From Ferruginibacter sp. (GTDB taxonomy: Bacteria; Bacteroidota; Bacteroidia; Chitinophagales; Chitinophagaceae): a stretch of DNA of 64,000 nt. A program made the translations under genes and the position numbers. Below, piece by piece: positions 16,210-24,186 of the stretch (position 1 is its first letter; each line of letters begins with the position of its first letter). Below the pieces are notes generated by a model. That model saw only the letters and a list, made by a program, of their open reading frames with translations. It did not search any database and had not been told where the DNA came from. Location of the stretch: positions 309,974 to 373,973 of the forward strand of contig JBGAQR010000005.1 of the NCBI GenBank assembly GCA_044220615.1, read 5' to 3'.

Positions 16210-17430
16210 ATGAGTGAACATATTATTTTACCCGAAGGAAGTATCGAAAAGCAGACCACCACGCTGAACCTGGGGCCTACGCACCCGGCCACGCATGGCG
16301 TGTTTCAGAATATACTGGAGCTGGATGGCGAACGCATCCTCAAATCCACTTCAACCGTAGGGTATATTCACCGGGCTTTTGAAAAGATAGCAGAACGCCG
16401 CCCGCTGTACCAGATCACCCCGCTTACCGACAGGCTGAATTATTGCTCATCTCCCATCAACAACATGGGATGGCATTTAACCTGTGAAAAATTATTGGGT
16501 ATTAAAACTCCCAAAAGGGTAGATTACCTGCGTGTGATCATCATGGAACTGGCACGAATTGCCGATCACCTGATCTGTAACTCCATTGTTGGGGTGGATA
16601 CCGGCGCTTTCACCGGGTTCCTGTATGTAATGCAATACCGTGAACTAATTTATGAGATATATGAAGAAATATGTGGCTCCCGTCTTACTACTACTATTGG
16701 GCGTATTGGCGGTTTTGAAAGGAATTTCACTCCTGCGGCATTCGAAAAACTCGAAAAATTCCTGAAAGAATATCCCCGTACTCTAAAGGAGTTTGAAAAC
16801 CTCTTTACCCGTAACCGCATCTTCATGGATCGTACCATCGGTTGCGGTCCCATTGCGGCTGAAAGGGCATTGAACTACGGCTTCACCGGGCCAAACCTGC
16901 GTGCCGCCGGGGTTGATTACGATGTTCGGGTGCATACACCCTACAGCAGTTACGAAGATTTTGATTTTATAATCCCGGTAGGTACAACCGGCGATTGTTA
17001 CGATCGTTTCCTGGTTCGTAACGAAGAAATGTGGCAGAGCCTCAGCATCATTGAACAGGCCTACCAGAAAGTGCAGGAATTCAAAGGAGCAGAGGCCGAA
17101 GTGTTTCATGCCGATACCCCTGCCTACTATTTACCCGAAAAGAAAGATGTGTATACCAAGATGGAAGCACTCATCTATCACTTCAAGATCGTGATGGGTG
17201 AAACAGCCATCCCCGAAGGTGAAGTATATAGTGCCGTAGAAGGAGCCAATGGCGAACTGGGATTCTATTTAATAAGTGATGGCGGCAGAACACCATACCG
17301 GTTACATTTCCGCAGGCCTTGCTTTATTTATTACCAGGCCTTTGAAGAACTGGTGAAAGGTGGAATGTTAAGTGATGCAGTGATCACCATGAGTAGTTTA
17401 AACCTGATAGCAGGAGAAATGGATGCTTAG
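16210..17430 (+). CDS. nuoD: NADH-quinone oxidoreductase subunit D
   Basis: 406 aa of the 49-kDa subunit family (LNLGPTHPATHGV; RIGGFERN). Confidence 0.92.
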   Translation: MSEHIILPEGSIEKQTTTLNLGPTHPATHGVFQNILELDGERILKSTSTVGYIHRAFEKIAERRPLYQITPLTDRLNYCSSPINNMGWHLTCEKLLGIKTPKRVDYLRVIIMELARIADHLICNSIVGVDTGAFTGFLYVMQYRELIYEIYEEICGSRLTTTIGRIGGFERNFTPAAFEKLEKFLKEYPRTLKEFENLFTRNRIFMDRTIGCGPIAAERALNYGFTGPNLRAAGVDYDVRVHTPYSSYEDFDFIIPVGTTGDCYDRFLVRNEEMWQSLSIIEQAYQKVQEFKGAEAEVFHADTPAYYLPEKKDVYTKMEALIYHFKIVMGETAIPEGEVYSAVEGANGELGFYLISDGGRTPYRLHFRRPCFIYYQAFEELVKGGMLSDAVITMSSLNLIAGEMDA

Positions 17431-17445
17431 TTAATTAAGAACCTG

Positions 17446-17461
17446 CCTGTCGGTAGACAGG
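17446..17461. repeat. Short hairpin CCTGTC-GGTA-GACAGG in the nuoD-nuoE spacer
   Basis: 6-bp stem. The 25-nt insert is flanked by AATTAAGAA direct repeats at 17433-17441 and 17467-17475. Confidence 0.7.
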
Positions 17462-17477
17462 TTATGAATTAAGAATT

Positions 17478-17972
17478 ATGAGTGTTGAATTTTCAAAAGA
17501 AAAGTTAGCTGAAGTTGCGGAGATAGTAAAACGCTACCCCGAGGGCAAACACAAAAGCGCCCTGCTTCCTGTATTGCATTTGGCTCAGGAAGAATTCGGC
17601 GGATGGCTGGATGTGCCGGTGATGGACTATGTGGCTTCGCTTTTGAAAATTGAACCCATTGAAGTATATGAAGTGGCCAGCTTTTACAGCATGTATAATT
17701 TAAAGCCGGTAGGCAAATACATGTTCGAGGTTTGCCAAACGGGGCCCTGTATGATTAACGGCAGCGATGAGATCATTGGGTATATCAAAGAGAAACTGAA
17801 CATCAAAGTGGGTGAAACAACGGCAGACGGACTGTTCACCTTAAAAACAGTGGAATGCCTGGGCGCCTGCGGTTATGCTCCCATGATGCAGCTGGGAAGG
17901 AACTACCGGGAACACCTGACAAAAGAAAAGATAGACGCCATCATTGAAGAGCACCGTGCAAAAGCAAATTAA
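17478..17972 (+). CDS. nuoE: NADH-quinone oxidoreductase subunit E (2Fe-2S)
   Basis: Cysteine pattern CQTGPC...ECLGACGYAP. Confidence 0.9.
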   Translation: MSVEFSKEKLAEVAEIVKRYPEGKHKSALLPVLHLAQEEFGGWLDVPVMDYVASLLKIEPIEVYEVASFYSMYNLKPVGKYMFEVCQTGPCMINGSDEIIGYIKEKLNIKVGETTADGLFTLKTVECLGACGYAPMMQLGRNYREHLTKEKIDAIIEEHRAKAN

Positions 17973-17975
17973 TCA

Positions 17976-18401
17976 TTGAAGAAGTTCTTAACCATATTAT
18001 TCTTTTTTATTGCAGTCAACGGCTTTGCACAAACCGCAGATGAAGCAAAGCTGGTGCAAACAATGAAGGAATTTCACCAGGCCCTGGTTAATAAGAATAC
18101 GGTTTCTATCAACCAGCAAACAGATAAAGTGCTGAGCTATGGACACAGCAATGGCTGGGTGGAAACAAAAGCCGATGTGATCAAAGACCTGGAAACCGGG
18201 TATATCAGTTACCAGGGTTTTAAAGAAGACAGTATAACGGTTTCTATGAATGGTAATATGGCCAATGTCCGGTTTGTGGCAGATATAACAGCAACCATGA
18301 AGGGCGGAACCAATACCTATCATTTAAAAGTGCTGGAAGTGTGGGTGAAAAAAAGTAAACGGTGGGTGTTGTTTGCAAGGCAGGCGGTGAAGGCCCCCTA
18401 A
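17976..18401 (+). CDS. Secreted NTF2-fold (DUF4440/SnoaL-like) protein embedded in the nuo operon
   Basis: TTG start 3 nt after the nuoE stop. Signal peptide MKKFLTILFFFIAVNGFAQ. ~120-aa mature domain ending in the W.K...RW.L pattern typical of DUF4440-like proteins. Confidence 0.65.
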   Translation: MKKFLTILFFFIAVNGFAQTADEAKLVQTMKEFHQALVNKNTVSINQQTDKVLSYGHSNGWVETKADVIKDLETGYISYQGFKEDSITVSMNGNMANVRFVADITATMKGGTNTYHLKVLEVWVKKSKRWVLFARQAVKAP

Positions 18402-18423
18402 ATCCCCCCGAAGGGGACTTTAG
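18398..18423. repeat. Hairpin CTAAATCCCC-CCGAA-GGGGACTTTAG overlapping the DUF4440 stop codon
   Basis: ~10-bp stem with one bulge, read directly. Confidence 0.65.
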
Positions 18424-18488
18424 AGCCAGTCAACTAAAAACGATTTTTAATGTTGGTAACGAAAAATAAATTATAAAACGTAATTGTC

Positions 18489-18506
18489 CCCCGCCAGCTG
18501 GCGGGG
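18489..18506 (+). repeat. GC hairpin CCCCGCC-AGCT-GGCGGGG, followed by ATAGGGGCT and the nuoF ATG
   Basis: 18-nt perfect palindrome. The ATG follows at 18516. Confidence 0.8.
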
Positions 18507-18515
18507 ATAGGGGCT

Positions 18516-19871
18516 ATGAGTAGAAAATTATTATTAGAAAAAGCACATGTGGAAGGCATCCGCTATTACGACGTTTATCGCCGTGAGGGCGGATACCGCA
18601 GCGTGGAGAAGGCATTAAAGATGGCGCCGGCAGATATCGTGGAAGAAGTGAAGAAGAGCGGCTTGCGTGGACGAGGCGGCGCCGGTTTTCCTACAGGCTT
18701 AAAATGGAGTTTTATTGCAAAGCCCGAAGGCGTTCCCCGCCACCTGGTGGTAAATGCCGATGAAAGTGAGCCGGGAACGTTTAAAGACCGTTACCTGATG
18801 GAATTCATTCCGCATATCTTAATTGAAGGAATGATCGTTTCGTCATTTGCACTTGGCTCCAATGTTTCTTATATATACATACGCGGCGAATACCACTGGA
18901 TCGTTGATATTTTAGAACAGGCCATTGCCGAAGCAAAACAAAATGGTTTTTTGGGAAAGAATATTTTAGGCACCGGTTTCGATTGTGAAATTTATGTTCA
19001 CCGCGGCGCCGGCGCTTATATCTGCGGCGAAGAAACTGCCCTGATAGAATCACTGGAAGGCAAGCGGGGTAATCCAAGAATTAAACCACCGTTCCCGGCT
19101 GTAAAAGGCGCCTGGGAAAGACCTACGGTGGTTAATAATGTGGAAACGATCGCAGCCGTTGTTCCCATCATCAACAATGGCGGCGAAGAATATGCAAAGA
19201 TCGGCGTGGGAAAAAGCACCGGCACCAAACTGATGAGCGCCTGCGGTAATATCAACAAGCCGGGTGTTTATGAAATTGATATGACCATCTCGGTAGAAGA
19301 ATTTATTTACAGTGATGAATATTGTGGTGGTATTCCCAAAGGAAGAAAATTAAAAGCCTGTATCCCCGGCGGTTCATCGGTTCCAATTCTGCCGGCTAAT
19401 TTATTACTTACTACAGCTAAGGGAGAGAAGCGGCTGATGAACTATGAAAGTTTAAGCGATGGCGGTTTTGCAACAGGAAGTATGATGGGCAGCGGTGGAT
19501 TTATTGTACTGGATGATGCACAGTGTGTGGTAAAACATACATACACGCTGGCAAGGTTCTATCGCCATGAAAGTTGCGGACAATGTTCACCCTGCCGCGA
19601 AGGAACTGGATGGATGGAGAAAATATTACTGAATATAGATAATGGCAAAGGAAAGATGAGTGATATCGACCTGCTTTGGGATATTCAGCGCAAGATCGAA
19701 GGAAATACCATTTGTCCGCTGGGCGATGCAGCAGCCTGGCCGGTTGCGGCAGCCATTCGCCATTTCCGTGATGAGTTTGAGTGGCACGTGAACAATCCGG
19801 ATGAATGTTTAAGGAAGAATTACGGACTGGCGCATTATGCGGATCCGATTCATGTGCCAGTACCGGCATAG
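18516..19871 (+). CDS. nuoF: NADH-quinone oxidoreductase subunit F (FMN, 4Fe-4S)
   Basis: GLRGRGGAGFPTG (FMN/NADH site) and ESCGQCSPCREG (N3 cluster). Confidence 0.92.
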   Translation: MSRKLLLEKAHVEGIRYYDVYRREGGYRSVEKALKMAPADIVEEVKKSGLRGRGGAGFPTGLKWSFIAKPEGVPRHLVVNADESEPGTFKDRYLMEFIPHILIEGMIVSSFALGSNVSYIYIRGEYHWIVDILEQAIAEAKQNGFLGKNILGTGFDCEIYVHRGAGAYICGEETALIESLEGKRGNPRIKPPFPAVKGAWERPTVVNNVETIAAVVPIINNGGEEYAKIGVGKSTGTKLMSACGNINKPGVYEIDMTISVEEFIYSDEYCGGIPKGRKLKACIPGGSSVPILPANLLLTTAKGEKRLMNYESLSDGGFATGSMMGSGGFIVLDDAQCVVKHTYTLARFYRHESCGQCSPCREGTGWMEKILLNIDNGKGKMSDIDLLWDIQRKIEGNTICPLGDAAAWPVAAAIRHFRDEFEWHVNNPDECLRKNYGLAHYADPIHVPVPA

Positions 19872-19872
19872 A

Positions 19873-20331
19873 TTTCACGCAAAGAGCGCAAAGGAGCAAG
19901 GATGCAAAGAAGAGTATGACAGAAAACGAGATATCAAAAATAGTTTTTGATTTATGTGTATTGGTTCATAAAAAGTATGGGCCGGGATTATTTGAAAATG
20001 TTTATGAAGAAATAATTTGTCATGAATTAAATAAATTAGAAATCCCTTTCACCCGGCAGCAAGGGATTCCTTTGATACATGATGAAATTAGAATGGAAAT
20101 CGGATTCAGGGCAGATATAATAGTTGAGAATAAAGTCATTTTGGAATTGAAATCGATCGAGGCATTAGCTGAAATTCATTATAAGCAATTGCTGACTTAT
20201 TTGAAACTAACAGATATTAAATTAGGAATGTTGATCAACTTTAATGTTCCGCTTATTAAAGATGGAATACACCGTATTGTAAATAAACTATAAAACTTGC
20301 GCCTTTGCTCCTTTGCGAACATTGCGTGAAA
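19873..20331. other. 459-bp inverted-repeat-bounded cassette carrying a GxxExxY ORF; fills the nuoF-nuoG junction
   Basis: Arms are 19873-19899 TTTCACGCAAagagCGCAAAGGAGCAA and 20305-20331 TTGCTCCTTTGCGaacaTTGCGTGAAA, with 23 of 27 positions complementary. It starts 1 nt after the nuoF stop and ends 5 nt before the nuoG ATG. Confidence 0.65.
19916..20293 (+). CDS. GxxExxY protein (PD-(D/E)XK nuclease-like small protein family)
   Basis: 125 aa. GLFENVY signature and ADIIVENKVILELKS (D...ExK). Start trimmed to the ATG at 19916, because the longer ORF overlaps nuoF and reads through the repeat arm. Confidence 0.8.
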   Translation: MTENEISKIVFDLCVLVHKKYGPGLFENVYEEIICHELNKLEIPFTRQQGIPLIHDEIRMEIGFRADIIVENKVILELKSIEALAEIHYKQLLTYLKLTDIKLGMLINFNVPLIKDGIHRIVNKL

Positions 20332-20336
20332 CAAAT

Positions 20337-21467
20337 ATGGCAGACGAAATAAAAAAAGAAGCACCTGCAAATTTTAAAGTAACCATCGACAACATCACGA
20401 TCGAAGTTGCGCCGGGTACTACTATATTAAATGCAGCCCGGCAGATCGGTGGAGACGTTACACCGCCTGCCATGTGCTATTACAGCAAGTTACAGGGCAG
20501 TGGCGGTAAATGCCGCACCTGCCTGGTGGAAGTGGCTGCCGGTTCAACCGCCGACCCAAGGCCTATGCCTAAATTAGTTGCCTCATGCCGTACCAATGTA
20601 ATGGATGGCATGGTGGTAAAAAATATTACCAGCGATAAAGTAACGGATGCAAGAAATGGCGTGGTTGAATTCTTGCTCATTAATCACCCGTTGGATTGCC
20701 CCATCTGCGACCAGGCCGGCGAATGTCATTTGCAGGACCTCGGTTATGACCATGGTAAAGAAGGCACACGCTACGAATTTAAAAGAAGAACATTCGAGAA
20801 GGAAGATATCGGCCCATACATCCAGTTGCACATGACAAGGTGTATCCTCTGTTATCGCTGCACTTATGTTGCTGATCAATTGACCGATAAAAGAGTACAT
20901 GGTATTTTAGACCGCGGCGATCATGCAGAAATATCAACCTATATTTCCAAAGCCATTGATAATGATTTCAGCGGGAATATGATCGATGTTTGCCCGGTAG
21001 GTGCATTAACCGATAAAACATTCCGCTTTAAGAACAGGGTTTGGTTCACCAAACCGGTGGATGCTCACCGCAATTGCGAAAACCCTAAATGCTGCGGCAA
21101 AGCAACCTTATGGTTACGTGGCGATGAAGTGTACCGTGTTACCGCACGTAAAGACGAATGGGGCGAAGTGCAGAGTTATGATGGTAAACCCGGATGGATC
21201 TGCAATACCTGCCGCTTTGATAAAAAGAAAACGGCTGACTGGACCGTAGAAGGATTAACAACCATCAGCCGGCATTCGGTTATTGGCGCCAATAAATACA
21301 GCGGGCTGGAAATGCCGAAAGATACTGTTAAGGAAGTGATGGGTGGAAGAGATCCAAAGCTGCTGATGGATATTCACAAGGTGAGTGGAGTGAATGATCC
21401 CGGCATCAATTTAAGTGCGATCAACCGGCCGGCGCACAGCGATGACTTTTCAAAGAACGGAAAATAA
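20337..21467 (+). CDS. nuoG: NADH-quinone oxidoreductase subunit G, short form (Fe-S domains only)
   Basis: 2Fe-2S CYYSKLQGSGGKCRTC, His(Cys)3 cluster HPLDCPICDQAGEC, and 4Fe-4S CILCYRC...CP. Only 376 aa, so it lacks the molybdopterin-like domain. Confidence 0.85.
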   Translation: MADEIKKEAPANFKVTIDNITIEVAPGTTILNAARQIGGDVTPPAMCYYSKLQGSGGKCRTCLVEVAAGSTADPRPMPKLVASCRTNVMDGMVVKNITSDKVTDARNGVVEFLLINHPLDCPICDQAGECHLQDLGYDHGKEGTRYEFKRRTFEKEDIGPYIQLHMTRCILCYRCTYVADQLTDKRVHGILDRGDHAEISTYISKAIDNDFSGNMIDVCPVGALTDKTFRFKNRVWFTKPVDAHRNCENPKCCGKATLWLRGDEVYRVTARKDEWGEVQSYDGKPGWICNTCRFDKKKTADWTVEGLTTISRHSVIGANKYSGLEMPKDTVKEVMGGRDPKLLMDIHKVSGVNDPGINLSAINRPAHSDDFSKNGK

Positions 21468-21493
21468 AAGAAGAACATTTTTAATAAAGGAAT

Positions 21494-22546
21494 ATGCTTT
21501 TAGCGATCGATTGGCTTTTAATAGTGGAGAAACTGGTTCTCATCGTTATCGTGGTGATGGCATCATTGCTCATTGCCATGTATACCACGTTTGCTGAAAG
21601 AAAGGTAGCAGCAGTTCTGCAAGACAGGCGTGGACCCAACCGGGCCGGACCTTTTGGTATTCTGCAACCGGTAGCCGATGGATTGAAATTATTCTTCAAA
21701 GAAGAGATCATCCCGAATTTTTCTTCTAAATTCTTATTCATACTTGGCCCTTCGCTGGCCATGCTTACGGCCATCATGACCGGCGCCGTTGTTCCCTGGG
21801 GAAATACCGTACACCTCTTCGACCGGGATATCAGTTTGCAGATAGCCGATGTGAACGTAGGTATATTATATGTGTTTGCGGTGGTGAGCATGGGCGTATA
21901 CGGCATTATGATCGGCGGCTGGGCAAGCAACAACAAATATTCTTTAATGGGCGGATTGAGGGCAGCCTCACAGATCATCAGTTACGAACTGCCCATGGGT
22001 ATTTCACTGATCGCCCTGCTGATGGTTACCGGAACGCTCAGCCTGAAAGAAATGGTATTGCAGCAGCAATGCGGTTTATGGAACATCGTTTACCAGCCGC
22101 TGGGATTCCTGATATTCCTTATCTGCGCATTTGCAGAATGTAACCGTACGCCATTCGACCTGCCCGAAGCAGAGAACGAACTGATCGGTGGTTATCATAC
22201 GGAGTATTCATCCATGAAACTGGGCTTCTACCTTTTTTCTGAGTACATCAATATGTTTGTAAGCAGTGTGATCATGAGTACCTTGTTCTTTGGCGGATAC
22301 GATATACCGTTCTTAAATGAGGCAGATTATAACCAGAACTGGATGGCTTTTTTCGGAATAATGGCGCTGATGGCAAAAGCATGCTGCTTCATCTTCCTGT
22401 TCATGTGGGTACGGTGGACCATTCCAAGATTCCGGTACGATCAGCTGATGAACCTGGGATGGCGGATATTAATTCCACTGGCATTGGCAAATATGCTGGT
22501 AACAGGCGCATTGGTTTTATTCAAACAAAACAATTGGCATTTTTAA
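21494..22546 (+). CDS. nuoH: NADH-quinone oxidoreductase subunit H
   Basis: 350-aa polytopic protein. Contains AERKVAAVLQDRRGPN and CNRTPFDLPEAE(N)ELIGGYHTEYS. Confidence 0.92.
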   Translation: MLLAIDWLLIVEKLVLIVIVVMASLLIAMYTTFAERKVAAVLQDRRGPNRAGPFGILQPVADGLKLFFKEEIIPNFSSKFLFILGPSLAMLTAIMTGAVVPWGNTVHLFDRDISLQIADVNVGILYVFAVVSMGVYGIMIGGWASNNKYSLMGGLRAASQIISYELPMGISLIALLMVTGTLSLKEMVLQQQCGLWNIVYQPLGFLIFLICAFAECNRTPFDLPEAENELIGGYHTEYSSMKLGFYLFSEYINMFVSSVIMSTLFFGGYDIPFLNEADYNQNWMAFFGIMALMAKACCFIFLFMWVRWTIPRFRYDQLMNLGWRILIPLALANMLVTGALVLFKQNNWHF

Positions 22547-22560
22547 TTTTATCAAACGAA

Positions 22561-22590
22561 TTGTCAGGCTGAGTTTATCGAAGCCGGCTT
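22561..22590. repeat. Solo arm of the TGTCAGGYTGAG..TCGAA family plus the palindrome AAGCCGGCTT, in the nuoH-nuoI spacer
   Basis: TGTCAGGCTGAGTTTATCGAAGCCGG matches 7711-7736 at about 22 of 26 positions. AAGCCGGCTT (22581-22590) is a perfect 10-nt palindrome. Confidence 0.65.
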
Positions 22591-22600
22591 AATAAACAAT

Positions 22601-23155
22601 ATGCAAGCATTAACTACAAGGGTAAAACAGGTCGACCGCAGGGAAATGAGTTTCCTGGAGCGGCTTTACCTGGTTTCTATTTTCAAGGGCATGATGATCA
22701 CTTTCATGCACATGTTCAAGAAGAAGCCCACCATTAATTACCCGGAGAAGACACGTCCGTTCAGCCCGGTGTTTCGGGGGTTGCACATTCTAAACAGGGA
22801 TGAAGAAGGAAGAGAGAACTGCACGGCCTGCGGGTTGTGTGCCGTTGCTTGTCCCGCCGAAGCCATTACCATGGAAGCGGCAGAAAGACAAACCGGGGAG
22901 GAGAAATTATACCGGGAAGAAAAATATGCAGCCAAATACGAGATCAATATGCTGCGTTGTATTTTCTGCGGCTTGTGTGAAGAAGCATGTCCGAAAGACG
23001 CCATTTATTTAAGTGAAACATTTGCGCCGGCGGATTACCAGCGCAAACAATTTATCTATAACAAAAACGAATTACTGATCCCTCATCCCATCAACGAACC
23101 CGAAGCGTATAAGAAGGCATTGGGTAACCGGGTGAAAAGAGAAAAGATTAATTAA
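22601..23155 (+). CDS. nuoI: NADH-quinone oxidoreductase subunit I (2x 4Fe-4S)
   Basis: CTACGLCAVACP and CIFCGLCEEACP. Confidence 0.92.
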   Translation: MQALTTRVKQVDRREMSFLERLYLVSIFKGMMITFMHMFKKKPTINYPEKTRPFSPVFRGLHILNRDEEGRENCTACGLCAVACPAEAITMEAAERQTGEEKLYREEKYAAKYEINMLRCIFCGLCEEACPKDAIYLSETFAPADYQRKQFIYNKNELLIPHPINEPEAYKKALGNRVKREKIN

Positions 23156-23160
23156 GGTTT

Positions 23161-23667
23161 ATGAGCATTACTGAAATATTATTCTGGGGATTATCTCTGC
23201 TGGCGCTTGGCGCTGCCATTATGGTGGTTACCAGCAAAAGCCCGGTGCACAGTATCCTGTCGCTGATCGTGGTTTTTATCGCCATTTCGGGTCATTACAT
23301 CCTGTTGAATGCACAGTTTTTGGCCATCGTAAATATTATTGTATATGCCGGCGCCATCATGGTGTTGTTCTTGTTTGTGGTGATGCTGATGAACCTCAAT
23401 GCCGAGTCGGAACCAAAAAAGAACCGCCTTTTGCAGTTTGCAGGATTGATCTCCGGTGGTTGTTTATTCCTGGTATTGATTTCCGCCATAACAAAATCAA
23501 GTTCTGCAAATAATGTAATGCAGATGGGCAGTGGCAACAGCGGCCTTATTAAAGAGCTTGGCAAGGTATTGTTCAACGATTATGTGATCCCCTTCGAGAT
23601 AAGCAGCGTATTGTTTTTAAGTGCAATGATCGGGGCTGTTGTAGTTGGTAAAAAAGAAAAAGTATAA
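23161..23667 (+). CDS. nuoJ: NADH-quinone oxidoreductase subunit J
   Basis: 168-aa hydrophobic protein in the nuoJ position (VYAGAIMVLFLFVVM). Confidence 0.85.
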   Translation: MSITEILFWGLSLLALGAAIMVVTSKSPVHSILSLIVVFIAISGHYILLNAQFLAIVNIIVYAGAIMVLFLFVVMLMNLNAESEPKKNRLLQFAGLISGGCLFLVLISAITKSSSANNVMQMGSGNSGLIKELGKVLFNDYVIPFEISSVLFLSAMIGAVVVGKKEKV

Positions 23668-23742
23668 CACGAATTGAAACGAATTACACGAAGTGATTTA
23701 AAATGGATAGTAGATAATTCGTGTAATTGGTGTAATTCGATT
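23668..23742. repeat. Hairpin element in the nuoJ-nuoK spacer (CGAATTACACGAA / TTCGTGTAATTCG words)
   Basis: Left arm 23668-23692 and right arm 23718-23742. An 11-nt block and a 6-nt block are exactly complementary. The element starts at the base after the nuoJ stop. Confidence 0.75.
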
Positions 23743-23757
23743 AATTAGTGAACTAGT

Positions 23758-24090
23758 ATGGAAATTAAATGGTACATAGGTTTGGCAGTGGCTTTATTCT
23801 GCACCGGCATTGTGGGGGTACTTACCCGCCGCAATTCCATCATCATCTTTATGTGCATAGAGCTGATGCTGAATTCGGTGAACTTGTTGCTGGTGGCATT
23901 CTCAAAAATGCATGCCGCTTCGCCGGTGGCGCAGAGCCTTCCCAATGTGGTAAGTGATGCACAGATATTCGTGTTCTTCATCATGGTGGTGGCAGCGGCC
24001 GAGGTAAGTGTGGGATTAGCGATCATTGTCATGATGTATCGTAATATTCACTCGGTGGATATAAACTTTTTAAACAGGTTGAAAAATTAG
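23758..24090 (+). CDS. nuoK: NADH-quinone oxidoreductase subunit K
   Basis: 110 aa, 3 TM segments, with IELMLNSVNLL and AAAEVSVGLAI motifs. Confidence 0.9.
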   Translation: MEIKWYIGLAVALFCTGIVGVLTRRNSIIIFMCIELMLNSVNLLLVAFSKMHAASPVAQSLPNVVSDAQIFVFFIMVVAAAEVSVGLAIIVMMYRNIHSVDINFLNRLKN

Positions 24091-24096
24091 GCCCCA

Positions 24097-24116
24097 TCTC
24101 CGCCAACTGGCGGAGA
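24097..24116 (+). repeat. GC hairpin TCTCCGCC-AACT-GGCGGAGA
   Basis: 8-bp perfect stem, 6 nt after the nuoK stop. Confidence 0.8.
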
Positions 24117-24162
24117 GAAAGGCAGGAGTATTAATAATATTTTGAAATAAAAACAAAAATTC

Positions 24163-24178
24163 TCCGCCAACCGGCGGA
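24163..24178 (+). repeat. GC hairpin TCCGCC-AACC-GGCGGA, followed by ATAGGGGT and the nuoL ATG
   Basis: 6-bp perfect stem. ATAGGGGT at 24179-24186 and the ATG at 24187. Confidence 0.8.
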
Positions 24179-24186
24179 ATAGGGGT

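Noticed and set aside
19805-19915. Longer version of the GxxExxY ORF starting inside nuoF. The same applies to the TTG 20313 start of nuoG, the 9173-9214 extension of hisS, the 10075-10101 extension of the phosphatase gene, and the 33730 GTG start of exbD3.
   Set aside because: In every case the extra codons are a repeat arm or a terminator read in frame. The conserved protein begins at the internal ATG.
20337-21467. nuoG as a truncated pseudogene (only 376 aa, against ~900 aa in E. coli)
   Set aside because: All N-terminal Fe-S cysteine motifs are intact and the ORF ends cleanly 26 nt before nuoH. As far as I recall, short NuoG forms lacking the molybdopterin-like domain are normal in Bacteroidota. 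This should be confirmed by alignment.
21481-21978. 165-aa minus-strand ORF inside nuoH. Similar long antisense ORFs occur at 6716-7159 and 7117-7581 (thiolase), 46976-47641 (susC), 55155-55736 (GH2), 61608-62216 and 61274-61768 (recG), and 34965-35522 (mnmE).
   Set aside because: All lie fully inside well-supported genes on the opposite strand. None has a recognisable motif. They look like ordinary shadow ORFs.
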